64,000 nucleotides of DNA from Eledone cirrhosa (GCA_964016885.1 OZ024741.1:349370001-349434000); one strand, 5' to 3'. Numbered from the stretch's first letter, positions 1 through 13,401 are shown. Notes: generated from the sequence alone by a model not told the origin. Translations and numbers: made by a program.

Positions 1-137
1 GTAGTAGAGTGGGAAATAGGAAAAAGTATGACCCCGATGGCAGAGCTCAAGCTGTTTCAACGGCTATTTCTGGACTATTTCAGTCCAGAAATAGCCATCG
101 AAACGGCTTGAGCTCTGCCGTCGGGGTCATACTTTTT

Positions 138-142
<5 letters not shown>
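1..142 (-). mobile_element. Fold-back PLE-type mini-element, family A (tail cut by window edge)
   Basis: Inverted arms ~17-77 and ~82-142; hammerhead 3' half GAAA-cggc-ttgagctct-gccg-TC; abuts (TA)n; six more copies in window. Confidence 0.75.
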
Positions 143-178
<36 letters not shown>

Positions 179-438
179 ATGTATGTATGTATCGCAAGTT
201 CTTATGTTCAAATGAATCATTGACTTGATTTTCTCATTTTTTCCTCTCTTTACGTTACCTCACCATTCATGTTTGTTTACCTGTCTCTCTTTCCCCACCC
301 AATTCTTTTGATCCCAATAACTTATTTTAGTTATTGTTCGCGCTAGCCTGAAGTATCTGGTCTTTAATGCGAAGAAATACCTATGATGGCTAGTAGATCA
401 CTGATGATGGATAGTCCTATTTCTAATTATTCATCTTA

Positions 439-504
<66 letters not shown>

Positions 505-549
505 GTGTATGTGTGTGTGTATTCATTTTATAACGGCTAAATACTGAGC

Positions 550-597
550 CTTGTGACTCTGGAATTTCAACTGCTTTTCACAGGGTCATCAGACAAG
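550..597 (-). ncRNA. Type I hammerhead ribozyme motif
   Basis: Minus strand: cttgt-CTGATGA-ccctgtgaaaagcagtt-GAAA-ttccagag-TC-acaag; stem I cttgt/acaag, GUC triplet. Confidence 0.75.
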
Positions 598-622
598 ATA
601 TATATTTATATATATATATATA

Positions 623-790
623 CCATCATCATAGTTTAACGACTATTTTCCGCGTTTGAGGCAAGTCGGGTCAGATTAACATGTTTTGCTCATGCAGAAT
701 TTCTTTTGGCTTGGTTTCTACGGTTTGATGTCCGTCCTATCGCCAACCACATTTACAGTGTGGGCTGGATGCGTTTTGTCGTGATACTAA
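623..790 (-). mobile_element. Degenerate SINE fragment (second family)
   Basis: catcatc tail and tttctacggtttgatgtccgtcct, reverse-complement similar to aggaagggcatctggacgtagaaa at ~40497. Confidence 0.45.
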
Positions 791-939
791 CATGACCACT
801 TCACAGTGTGGAATGGGGACTGGAACAGGGGTGTAAAGGCATGGGTGAATGATGGTATGATCAGATGCAGGTAGGGTGTTAGGGCAAATATATATTTAAG
901 TTAATAAATATATAAAGAAACAAATATATATATATATAT

Positions 940-1087
940 AACGAAGGAAATGTGGTAAGGAACTAGATGGACCATACCGCACCAATGTACTCAATACTTA
1001 GGGTAGTAGAGTGGGTAATAGGAACAAGTATGACCCCGACGGCAGAGCTCAAGCCGTCGTACTTGTCATACTGAGGTCATACTTGTT

Positions 1088-1092
<5 letters not shown>
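940..1092 (-). mobile_element. Fold-back mini-element, family A
   Basis: Family A tail plus short inverted arm ending ...cttgttcctata(TA)n; (TA)n on both sides. Confidence 0.7.
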
Positions 1093-1137
<45 letters not shown>

Positions 1138-1501
1138 CGCCTCTGTGTGTATGTGTGTGATGCGTACGGACTTATGTATGTACATATATATATATATAAA
1201 TTTATATATATATATATATATATATATGAATGTATATATATATAGGGAGAGAGAGATGAGAGAGAGGGAAAGGGGGGGAATGTAGATGGAGAGAGAGAGA
1301 GTTAGGGGGAGAGAAACCGAAAGAGACGGGGAAGAAACCGTGAGAAAAAGATGAATGAGAAAGTTTTCTTAAAAAAATAAGTAAGGTACCAGCGAGATAA
1401 AAGTGAGATAGTGAGATGGAAAAGAAAAAAAACGTAATAGATAGAGATAGGAATTGATATACAGCTAGATAGGTAAATGGGTAAGTTGGTAGTGAGTGAC
1501 A

Positions 1502-1543
<42 letters not shown>

Positions 1544-1545
1544 GT

Positions 1546-1582
<37 letters not shown>

Positions 1583-1690
1583 TGGGAGATAAAGAGAGTT
1601 AAGGGGGAGAGCATGTCATACGGCAATTGATATAGATGTAAATAGATAGTCAGACAGATAGATAGATGGATAGATAGATAAATAGATAAA

Positions 1691-1952
1691 TTTCTTTATT
1701 AGCCACAAGGGCACAAAAGAAGGGGACAAAAAATACAAATGGGGAGTTTACATACAGGTATATGAAAATAAAACTATTAATAAAATAACAAATAACAATT
1801 GAAATCCTCAATAGGGGGGAGGCGTTACACAGGGGTTGTACACACCCCGAAAAATGTACAACCCTCATCTCCAGGAGCACCAAGAGTGAGTACCCCCTTC
1901 CTCTCTTTCTCTTTTTCCTCAACCTACAGGCTTATATAGAGAGAAGGCCCAT
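1691..1952 (-). mobile_element. 3' end fragment of Tx1/L1-type LINE in (GATA)n
   Basis: Similar to 54210-54476 (tttctttattagccac...aacctacaggc..atatagagagaaggcccat); (GATA)n on both flanks. Confidence 0.8.
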
Positions 1953-2024
<72 letters not shown>

Positions 2025-2706
2025 CTAGACAGACAGATAGGTAATAGATAGACAGGTAGATAGGTAGGTAGATAGACTGATAGATAGATATAGACGGGGA
2101 GAGACAGACAGACAGACAGAGAGTGAGAGTGAAAGAAAAAGGTGTACGTATAGAAGGAGGGGAGCAGAGAGAGGAGGCGCTATACAGACAGACAAAACTC
2201 TAGTGTAAGCAGGCGAGAACAGCTAGAAATAAAACCTTTCTGAGCTATGGAAAAATTCCTCTATCGGTTGAATCCGTCTAAAGGTGAGCAATCCGTGATA
2301 TATACATATATATAGATATATTGTATATAGAGAGAGAAGTAAGTGCTAACTTACTTATATGTATGTATATATTTATGTCTGTATAAGCATATGCGTTTGT
2401 GTGTGTTCGTGTGTTTGTGAGTGGGTAGAGATGCTTGAGCGTGGATATTTACATGTACGTTATTTTCTTGTATGGATTTATAAGTGTATGTTTGTGTAAG
2501 TAGAAATGTTTGTTTGTGTGTATCTTTCTGTATGTGGCGATGTTCGTGTATGTTAGTTTGTGCTTACGTTATTGTAAGTGTGCGTTTCTCTGTACGCGCG
2601 CCCGTTTGTGTGTGTGTGTGTGTCTATGTGTGTGTGTCTGTGCGTGTGTATATGGTTGTGTGTGGGTAGTACTCTTGAAAAACTTTAAATCTATTTCTCG
2701 CTTTCT

Positions 2707-2785
<79 letters not shown>

Positions 2786-2847
2786 GCAGCTATATATATA
2801 TATATATATATAAATGAAAGGTATAGAAAGTATTATATATATATATA

Positions 2848-2995
2848 ATGTGGGTAATAATAAATATTACCCAATTACAAGTATGAAAATAACTCAACGT
2901 AGAAATTCCAAGTATACTACAGAGCTATACAATATAAATGGCAAATCAAAGAGTATTTAAAACATTTAATCACTTACGATCGTTTCATCCTAGCA
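2848..2995 (-). mobile_element. PLE-type 3' end fragment with hammerhead 3' half
   Basis: Minus strand GAAA-cgatcg-TA-agtgat, same stem III as the 51.0-51.6 kb family; adjacent (TA)n. Confidence 0.45.
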
Positions 2996-2996
2996 T

Positions 2997-3048
<52 letters not shown>

Positions 3049-3068
3049 AATACACACACACACACACA

Positions 3069-3121
<53 letters not shown>

Positions 3122-3606
3122 GGGTTCCTGTGTGGTACATGCGTAGGGAGGTGTATATGTGCTTGTATGCGTCTATGTTGTTTCTGCCTTCTGTGTAATA
3201 TATTTTGTATGTGTTTGTGAGACAGTGTGAGAGAATGTATGGCATGTCTGTCTCGCTATCTATGTGTGTGTGTGTGTGCATGTGTGTAGTTCTATTGTAG
3301 TTTTCTATGTTTGTGAGGCTATGATTGCGGCTGTATGTGTGTGTGGTAATTCTCTTTCATGGGTTTGTAATTTTGTGCATATATGTGTTAAGTGGTAGAA
3401 TGTATCTGTTTGTGGTGTTTTTAAATACAGCTTACTATATGGAAGTATAGTTATGCTTTTGTTTATCTGCCTGTTTACATGTGTTGTGCTTGCGTGTCTA
3501 AACGTTAAACCGTTACCACAACAAATTAAGTTTGTAGATGCGCTTTTTTATGTATGCACAATATAATTCGGTGTGTGTGTATGCGCGCGCACACACTCAC
3601 ATACGT

Positions 3607-3678
<72 letters not shown>

Positions 3679-3707
3679 GTATGTATGAATGTATATATAT
3701 ATATGTT

Positions 3708-3794
<87 letters not shown>

Positions 3795-3807
3795 GTATGT
3801 ATGAATG

Positions 3808-3882
<75 letters not shown>

Positions 3883-4273
3883 ATGAATGTATATATATAT
3901 ATATATGTGTGTATATTAATTTACTGTATGTACATATATCTGTGACACTGATATATAAATGTCAAAATGCCTTATAGATTATTGTTTTTTCCTATTATTA
4001 TCATTTATTCATTTGTTTGTTTGTTGTAGTGTTGAAGTTGTATTGTTTTGCTTTTTACATTTTTTGGCCCTAGCCTTGTATATAAAACAGATATTTCATA
4101 CGGATATAGTTAGTTATACATGTATCTATGAAAAACCTTATGGTGAAAACAAACGAACGCTGATCCTTTTAATTGAGGCTATCAATTTTAGGTATGGATG
4201 GCTATAAAGACATGCTGAGAATGTAAATACTTTCTGAATGGATAATATTCATTATTGAATACTTTTCAATACA

Positions 4274-4469
4274 CAGACCTGCCAACCTCTGAAAATTCAA
4301 AAGGGGAGTACCATGAAAAAAATTTGCCCCAAAACGGGGAGAAATGAGGTAAAACGGGGAGATTTTACATAATGAAAGCTTTACCCATTTTCACAAGAGA
4401 AGACATCTCTCACCCACCCCAAAGTGGGTGGGAGATCTCCCCGTCGGACGAGGAGAGTTGACAGTTCTA
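4274..4469. mobile_element. MITE (non-autonomous DNA transposon)
   Basis: Imperfect TIRs cagacctgccaac / gttgacagttct; aataca on both flanks (candidate 6-bp TSD). Confidence 0.55.
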
Positions 4470-4937
4470 AATACATCGCGATTTAAATAAGTTCACATTG
4501 TCATCAATTATTGAACCGAACTGTTGGTGATGCATTTACCAATATCATAAACCATATTTCGTTGTCGTCTCCAAATCCAAGAATATTATACTTATAGATT
4601 TTTTAAATTATATTCATATTTATATTTTCAACGGTTCGTCAATCAATGATAAACATTGATTGCCAGCTAAATTATTTATAGAAATATAAAAACATACTAA
4701 AACGAAAACCAAACCAGACCAATCATTGAGTGTGTTTTGTTATTTTTTTGCAATATTACGACAACATGACCCTCTCCAAATATAACAAAATCTGTTTCAA
4801 CACACGATTTCATAACAAAAACCTTGTAAAACAAATACATCGCCGATTTTTAAAATATTTAATCTTCAAATATTGGGAATGAAAAGATATGCATTTTCGA
4901 TAAAATCTTTCATATCTTTTCATTATTTGTAACATCA

Positions 4938-5126
4938 AGGGCGGTTGATTGGAAGTATCAGTAGAGGGACGGACACCATGCTTTGCAGTATAGATTTGGT
5001 CCTTTATGTTCTGAGTTCAAATACCGCCGAGGTTAACTTTAGCCTTTCATCCTTACGGGGGTCGATGAAATGAAGTACCAGTCACGCTTTCCAAAATTGC
5101 TGGCCTTGTGCCTATATAAGAAACCG
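4938..5126 (+). mobile_element. tRNA-derived SINE (main family) with TSD
   Basis: B-box gagttcaaat; core gcctttcatccttacgggggtcgat; TSD ttatttgtaacatca at 4923-4937 and 5127-5141. Confidence 0.85.
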
Positions 5127-5299
5127 TTATTTGTAACATCAGATTAAAATCTGTTGTCGGTTTCACTGCACGTTTGAGAAAACAAATTTAAACGCTATTA
5201 TATTGGATAACAAAGATGTTTCTTTGTAATCTTCAATTTACAAATGAACATTCTCCGGTACAATTGGTGAACATCATTCACATACATATACCACGAAGA

Positions 5300-6850
5300 C
5301 TTCATCCATGAAAATATAAGGACTTGAAGTTAGTGACAGTGGACAGTGTCTTCAGTTAACTTTTGGCCAAGATAGCCTGCAGGTCAGTTGTTGACAACCT
5401 GGGCGAGGTATTCAGCCTGGATTTAAGTGCGGCCAGCCACTTCATAGAGCACACGTTTCCTTCGTCACCCCGCCTCCTTGTGAAGCTGGACATGCTTAAC
5501 GCCTTTAACATCGCTAGGTGAGATCGCATTTTAGAAACGAGTGCAGCAAGGCGACGTGTGCAGCAAGGCGACGTGTGCAGCAAGGCGACGTGTGCAGCAA
5601 GGCGACGTGTGCAGCAAGGCGACGTGTGCAGCAAGGCGACGTGTGCAGCAAGGCGACCCATTCGGCCTCCTCCTTTTCGCGCTGAATGTTGATGACATCG
5701 CCCACTCATTCTGCTTACCCTTCAATATCTGGTGCTTGGACGACGCGAATCTGGGATGCTCGATTGAATCTGTCACTGAGGACCACCAACAAATCATCCC
5801 TGCCTTAAGGCACCTAGGACTGAAGATCAACCCGTCCAAGGTCATCAATATGAGCTACGGTGATGTTGGATACCAGGACACCGTACCCAGTATCGATCCT
5901 ACCCTGACTTGGGATCATCTAATCCCGAAGGATGCCGTCTGCATTCTTGACTATCCATCTCCCCGAAACCATACGCGAGTACCTGGAAACCAAGCATGCA
6001 GACGTGATGAGGATGACAGAGTTAATGCTTCGTCGACGCACACCCGGCACTCTTCCTCCTGGGTAACTGCTTCGCTCTCCCCAAATTCACACTAGAAAGT
6101 GCGCCTTGCCACCATCTAGCAGATCGACTCATCGACCTCGATACGATGCTGTGCCGAACTCACCTAGCAATGTTTGCTTTATTAGAGGCGGCTAGCAACA
6201 GGTGAACATATCAATGAGATTCGGTGGTCTCGGCCTCCGATCCACTCTTCACGGCGATGCCGGTGTATTTCTCTTCAATCTCCTCCAATGGTACCTTCAT
6301 CAAAGAGATCCTCCACAAGATGACAAAACATGGCGTGGCCCGGGAGCTAGAGTTAGGTCTGGCTGATTGGACCGAAGAAAGCCTTGCCAATGGTACCGAT
6401 GTCCAAAGTAACTGGAACGACGTCAAGTTTAAGTCCACCTTCAGGCAGATCGAATTTTCCTTGGACCAACACCGTCATGCCTGCCACTCTCTGGCTTACA
6501 ACCAATTCCTCATCAATCTGTAGCATTCTTGATGAGGAGTGCACTCGCATTGTAGTGGTACTTTGCCTCAGCCCCCGTGTGTGTGAGCCACACAATGCCG
6601 TTGTGGAGCAGTGGTCGACGAGTTCGGTTTGCATTTGTTATCTTTCCACCTTTGCGAAGGCTGGCTGTCCTGTCACGCCGTTCTGAACGTCACCAGAAGG
6701 AGCCTCAAAGCAGCCTGTTTCCTGTCACAATTGGAGCCCGCTAGCCTCGATCGTGGTGATGGGAATCTCCTCTTCCCTTTCGATAAAGCAAATGTAACGG
6801 CTCGTTCTACCCCTCCTACCTTGTCGCTTTGCCCACAAATTCTGTCATAT
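5300..6850 (+). mobile_element. Degenerate CRE-like non-LTR retrotransposon (RT plus RLE-type C-terminus)
   Basis: KLDMLNAFN, VQQGDPFGLLLF, WCLDD; downstream RIVVVLCLSPRVCEPH / VDEFGLHLLS / LEPASLDRGDG resemble the CRE zinc-knuckle/RLE region; frameshifted. Confidence 0.7.
5541..5657 (+). repeat. 17-bp tandem repeat gtgcagcaaggcgacgt, 6 full copies plus 1 partial
   Basis: Perfect units starting at 5541, 5558, 5575, 5592, 5609, 5626, 5643. Confidence 0.95.
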
Positions 6851-7018
6851 ATACCTACAAAAAAAATTAAAAAGGGTCTGTAGCCATCAACTTTACTCAA
6901 TGTTGTCTTAATTGTCTTTAGAAGCTTCGTAAGTAATTTGCCGCTTCTACAATATATATGAGGGTTGTGTATGAAAAAAGCGCCAACAAGAATAAACATG
7001 GGAATAATACAAGATAAT

Positions 7019-7506
7019 TGTTTCTACTTTTGGCACAGGCCAAGAATAAACATGGGAATAATACAAGATAATGGTTTCTGATTTAGGCATACATTTGGGG
7101 AGGGGAGAGTCGATTATATTGACACCAGTGTGTTACTGGTATTTTATTTTATCGAGCCCATAAGTATGAAAGTCAAAGCTAATCTCGGTGGGATTTGAAC
7201 TCAGCATGTAACTGGCCGTAACTATATGCTGCAAAGCATGTTGTCCGATGCTCTATCGATACTGCCAAGCCAACGGTCCCAGAAGAATACAATATAATGA
7301 TTTCTAGGATAGGCACAAAGCCAGTAATTTGAGGGGAGGGGAAAGTCGATTAAATCGACCTAGGTACGTTACTGGTGCTTTATTTTATCGACCCCGTAAG
7401 GATGAAAGGCAAAGTTAACCTCGGCGGGATTTGAACACAATCTGTAAAGGGACGTAACTATGATAGAAAGCATGGCATCCGACTCTCTACCAATACTGCC
7501 AATCCA
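7019..7506 (-). mobile_element. SINE cluster: 3' stub plus two copies (~7073-7275, ~7297-7506)
   Basis: Reverse-complement SINE core and B-box; 32-bp duplication caagaataaacatgggaataatacaagataat around the stub. Confidence 0.85.
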
Positions 7507-8077
7507 CACAGATCTACCGATAACAATATAATGATGATATATCACTAACAGATTAATGCTTGATATATTTGGAAAAGAGTTGTAACGTTTCGAGCTTTAG
7601 TCCTTCGTCATGATAGAGAGAGAGAAAGAGGGAGAGAAGAAGAGAGAGAGAGAGCGAGAGAGAGAGAGAGAGAGAGAATGAGAAGATATTCAGGAAGATA
7701 GACAAGAATAAGAAAAGAATGAAAACGACAAATAGACAGAAGGAAAGAACTTCTTGTAGTTAGACAGCCATTTTGGAAAGTAGGAATTTAAGAACGGGGC
7801 TCATATTTTAAAGAGATGATGAGGAGGAGATAAGTATCAAAGAGGTAGGAATAAATGTGTGCGTCTATTTGCTTCTTTGTACAAACCAGTGGTGATATGA
7901 AAGTCGTAATGCGCTATGTGTTGTATATGTGCAACCATGTGTGCAAGCTTGAAAGAGCTGACCAGTATAGGGAGTGACAGAGGCTGACCTACTAGGTATG
8001 TGAGTAGGCGTATAAGTATGTGTATGTGTGTACGCAAGTATGTAAACTCGGTCAAAATTATATATATATAAATGTGT

Positions 8078-8446
8078 GTGTTAAGTAATTCCGAAGAAAA
8101 AGCAAAGGAAAAAGAGTGCTCTATGTACAGAACAGAGCTATTTCATTAGAAAGTGCACAACACAATATTCCATAGTTAGTGTTGGTTAATTTCCTTATAA
8201 TTGTAGAGTGCTCAACTTATCAGGCTGGAAGATGCCAATCGCATAGATATGCAGTATTTGCTTCGATCATTCCCGTTGGGAGCTGTTTATATGTTAGGTA
8301 ATTCCGAAGAAAAAGCAAAGGAAAAAAGAGTGCTCTATGTATAGAACAGAGCTATTTAATTAGAAAGTGAACAACAGAATATTCCATAGTTAGTGTTGGC
8401 TAATTTCCTAATTGTAGAGTGCTGAATTTATCAGACTGGAAGATGT
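8078..8446 (-). repeat. Two direct copies (~155 bp) of a PLE-type 3' end, related to 19093-19190
   Basis: taattccgaagaaaaagcaaagg...tcag.ctggaagatg repeated at ~8080 and ~8293; degenerate hammerhead-like CTGATAA...GAAA on minus strand. Confidence 0.6.
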
Positions 8447-8462
8447 AACTGGACGTTACAAT

Positions 8463-8558
<96 letters not shown>

Positions 8559-8561
<3 letters not shown>

Positions 8562-9222
8562 AAATTTAGTACAGCATCAACGAAGCCATGGTTGCAGCCT
8601 CGGTGTGGATCGATAGGATATATAACCCTAGGATATATAACCCTAGAGTTATAACATTACGTTTAGACAGCTTTGCAAAATGAAGACAGCGACCGATAGA
8701 AGGGCCGCAGTGACCATAGAGACGAAAAAGACTGAACTCAGGAAAAATTTGACTAACCTGGACCATCGCGTCGACATCATACATAACACATAATACATAT
8801 AATATATACCATATAACATACATCACATATAATCCACAATATCTCCGCTAGGTTTCTGTAAATCCGAAATCAACAAAATCCACTTGCAGGGGTCTGCAAG
8901 TTAATGGCTTTTGAAGATAGAACAATGGAGTTTTACATCGTCAACAAGTTTTTCGTTTTGGTCCGCTCGGGTATTTTATGCTAGAGTAAGCGCTGCTAGC
9001 AAACACATGGTTTTCCCAAAGGGAGGTAACCCCTGAATTTGGCGGTCAATTCAAAATTTGGAACAAAGGAATAAAAATTCCCTTACACAAACCGAATTAA
9101 GCACTCAACTAGAAGTTATCAAACAAACATAAACAATTAATCGATCAATAGAATTGTCTAATTAAATTAATCAATTAATGGTTAATTCTAGGAGATAATA
9201 ATACAAAATTTAGTAGAGCATC
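8559..9222. mobile_element. Unclassified element in (TA)n with short direct terminal repeats
   Basis: acaaaatttagta(c/g)agcatca at both ends; diverged homologue of the left end at ~62064-62255. Confidence 0.5.
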
Positions 9223-9245
9223 ATATATATATATATATATATATG

Positions 9246-9339
<94 letters not shown>

Positions 9340-9859
9340 CTCCCAATGCAACGTTCCTTTTACTGAAATATGTAAAAGGAGCAAATGGATTTCGTTAAGC
9401 ATGGACAATGTTTGAAATTAGAAGTACTTTTTGATGTGTTATATAGGCATCTGTCTGTATACAGGCATCTGCATGTGCATCTGTATGCGAATGTGTGTAT
9501 GAAGTAAAGAGATAGAGAGTGAGTGGTGGCTGTGCCCTTTCCTATGGAAACCACATATCTTTCTGCACTAATACTTATAGATCTGGTCATCACTTGATCA
9601 AAGATCATAATAGTAAAACGTCCATAACAACAATAACACAAGCATGAATCTTAATTTCAAATTAAATATCGCCATTTCTGAAATCATAGGTCCCCCATCA
9701 ATCATCCAATTTGCTCATGCGACATGCCAGTGCTCTTTCTATTCCCTACTATGTTTATCCCTCGCATCTCCTCTCCGATCCTACAAATTACACTGGTTAC
9801 AATTTATATATTAAACTCTGTCTTAACCCAGTCTCTTTATGCCAGTGATTAACCCAGTT

Positions 9860-10060
9860 TCATGGCGTGAAGCGACTGAAAGTGCAAGACTCCAGTCCAT
9901 CGCAGGTTTAAACCGTCAGCTATTGCTGATACTCATTTGCAGCTGAGTTTACTGGAGCATCGTGAAATGAAGTGTTTTGTTCAAGAACACAAAATGTAAC
10001 TCAAGCCAAGAATCGAACCCACGACATTATGATCGTCTGTCCAACACTCTTTAGATATGA
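9860..10060 (-). mobile_element. tRNA-derived SINE, CORE/V-domain-like (third family)
   Basis: Minus strand B-box gggttcgattc followed by gtgttcttgaacaaaacacttcat...actcagctgcaaatgagta. Confidence 0.6.
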
Positions 10061-10521
10061 ATTTGCTTTTTATCCTTCGCAATCTAACTCATCTGCTTTG
10101 CACAGCTCAAATTATTTCTTTCCTTTCCAGCTTCCATGTGGTCGCACCACGTGTGCAGAGTATGGATACCCAGAACACTATGTAGTGACAGACTTTCGTT
10201 AATAAACGCTTCCACTAACAATAGTAAATGTGAATAAACATGGCGCGAGACAAAGCCACATAGGTAGAATCCTACTAGCACACATTTCCAGTCACTGCAG
10301 CCTTGTCAATGAAATCTCATGTACTTCGAGTCGTCACAAGAATCTCAAAATACACAATTACAACTGTATTAATTAATTTATTATTCACAAAACGGCTAAA
10401 AGTGAATGTATGTTTGAAAGGTGTGCCTGACATTTCAAAACATATGTTTCTCTCTCTATCTCTCTCCTCTTCTGTCTCTCTCTATCTCTCTCCTCTTCTG
10501 TCTCTATCTTTCTCGGTGTGT

Positions 10522-10552
<31 letters not shown>

Positions 10553-10747
10553 AAAGGAGAGAGAGAGGGGAGAGAAAGAGAGAGCAATTATACGTACACA
10601 TAGATGTATGACCTATATATTCATATGACCTATCGATGCACATATGACCTATGAATCCATATATATATATATATATATATACATGCATACACACATGCAC
10701 ATATATACATATATATAAATATATATATATGTCTGTGTGCGTGTGTG

Positions 10748-10815
<68 letters not shown>

Positions 10816-11335
10816 CACACATGTAGTATGAAATCATTCATCTTTGACGATCATTCATAAAACAGGTTCCTTAATTTTCTTTTAACAAAGAAGTACGCGA
10901 ATAATTGCGAAATTATTTACACACACTCATACAAACACATACAAATAAACTCATAGAAGAACAAAAATATTCACATATCATAAAAAGAGCATGTGAATAT
11001 TATACATATATTTTTTGTGTGAATTATATCTTCATTTATTTCGGTTTTGTTTAACTTCGCTTTTGTTTCAGTCATTCTACTGCAAGCATGCTGGGACACT
11101 GTATTGATTTAGTCGTTCATATTGACCTTAGTGCATAATATTTTCACGCGTACTATATATTATATCGATCGCTATTAGTGGTATTGGTGTAGTTTACGGG
11201 ATGTAAAGAAACATCAAATGTAAACACGGACAGAGAACAACACACACACACACGCACACTCATACACACACTCGCGTACACACACACACACATACACACA
11301 CACACACACACGCACACACACACATATATATATAT

Positions 11336-11511
11336 AATGATTTCTAGTATAGGCACAAGGCCAGTAATTTGTGGGGGAGGGGAAAGTCGATTAAATCGAC
11401 CCCAGTACGTTACTCGTGCTTTATTTTATCGATCTGGTAAGGATGTAAAGCAAAGTAAACATGGGCGGTATTTGAACTCAGACCGTAAAGGACCGTAAAG
11501 GACCGTAACTC
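11336..11511 (-). mobile_element. SINE (main family), 5' truncated
   Basis: Reverse-complement core and B-box (tttgaactc). Confidence 0.8.
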
Positions 11512-11709
11512 TATATATAATATTAAGATCTCTATATAACATACCACTACATATCACCATACGTCTGCTAGAGTGCACGCATACTAACACGAATACACCT
11601 GTTTGCTATTTCAAATTCATATCTGAATTATTTCCCTTTGTTATACCACGGTTTCGTAAACATGCGTTTTAACGCGCTATATTGTTAACGGTATCTTCAA
11701 ACTCGTCTG

Positions 11710-11796
11710 AGCCCCTGAAGAATAGGTCAGAAATTTAATTCCTCTTACAATCGGGAGAAATAGCCAATATTGGGCCTCGAAAACTTAAGTAGTGCT
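11710..11796 (+). ncRNA. Hammerhead-like motif with extended stem II
   Basis: agccc-CTGAAGA-ataggtc...ggcctc-GAAA-acttaag-TA-gtgct; palindromic stem III, stem I with one mismatch. Confidence 0.5.
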
Positions 11797-11859
11797 TTTG
11801 TTCTGGGTATGAACAGAAATGAATAGAATAATATATAAATCAGGATAGAATCAGTTTAA

Positions 11860-12003
11860 AACTAATTGGACCATTACTCACCAGAGTACTAGATATTTGG
11901 TATAGCAGAGTATCATAACATTATAAAGAGACGAGACCCGACGGTTGAGCACTTGCCGTTTCAACAGCTAGTCCAGAACAAACAGTTGAATTGGCAAAAG
12001 TGC
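11860..12003 (-). mobile_element. Diverged relative of family A mini-element
   Basis: ggaccattactcaccagagtact and cccgacggttgagcacttgccgtttc resemble family A; imperfect fold-back. Confidence 0.5.
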
Positions 12004-12045
12004 ATAAAATAATATATACATATATATATTTATATATATATATAT

Positions 12046-12119
<74 letters not shown>

Positions 12120-12138
12120 ATATGTGTGTGTATGTCTG

Positions 12139-12184
<46 letters not shown>

Positions 12185-12265
12185 TATATTTATATATATA
12201 AATATATATTTATATTTATATATATATATATTTATATATATATTATATAAATATATATATATATT

Positions 12266-12580
<315 letters not shown>

Positions 12581-12667
12581 TATATATATATGTATGATAT
12601 ATATATACATATATATACATATATATATATATACATATATGTATGATATATATATACATATATATAC

Positions 12668-12808
<141 letters not shown>

Positions 12809-13165
12809 TATACACATGTGTGTGTGTGAGTGTGTGTGTGTGTGTGTGCGTGTGTGTGTGTGTGTGTCAAAGAGATGAGTGAGAGATGTTTTGATTTATG
12901 TGATAAATCAAATGTAATTATAGTGAAACAAGTTGTAAATGGGATAGAACATGCACAAACGAGAACAGAAACGAGCGAAAAAAAAAAGTAAGAAACATGA
13001 ATCTATGACATATACAATAATATCAACAAAACATTCCGATGTGTAGCCGACTCCTCTAAACCAACAGTTGTTCGGTAGTTAAACAATCGGGAAATCTCAG
13101 CTCAGATTCCTATCATGACGATACTTCGAAATTAGGAAAGTGTCGTTCAGAAGATTATATATTTA

Positions 13166-13336
13166 CCGTATTTCCCGGCGTCGAAGACGCTACTTTTTTT
13201 CTCATAAAATAAGTCTAAAAAATCTACCATGCGTCCTGGAGGCCGAAGGTTGTTAATTATTTTTTTTCAAATTTTTAGTTGTCTAAATTGGGGTGAGTCC
13301 TCGAGGACGAAGCCTCTTAGGCGCCGGGAAATACGG
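13166..13336. mobile_element. Tc1/mariner-pogo type MITE
   Basis: Perfect 15-bp TIRs ccgtatttcccggcg / cgccgggaaatacgg; TA on left, TG on right. Confidence 0.8.
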
Positions 13337-13338
13337 TG

Positions 13339-13396
<58 letters not shown>

Positions 13397-13401
13397 TAGT
13401 A

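Noticed and set aside
396-425. CTGATGA followed by tggatagtcc (like family A stem II)
   Set aside because: No GAAA half; too short to call
5541-5657. CRISPR-like array
   Set aside because: No spacers; eukaryotic retroelement context
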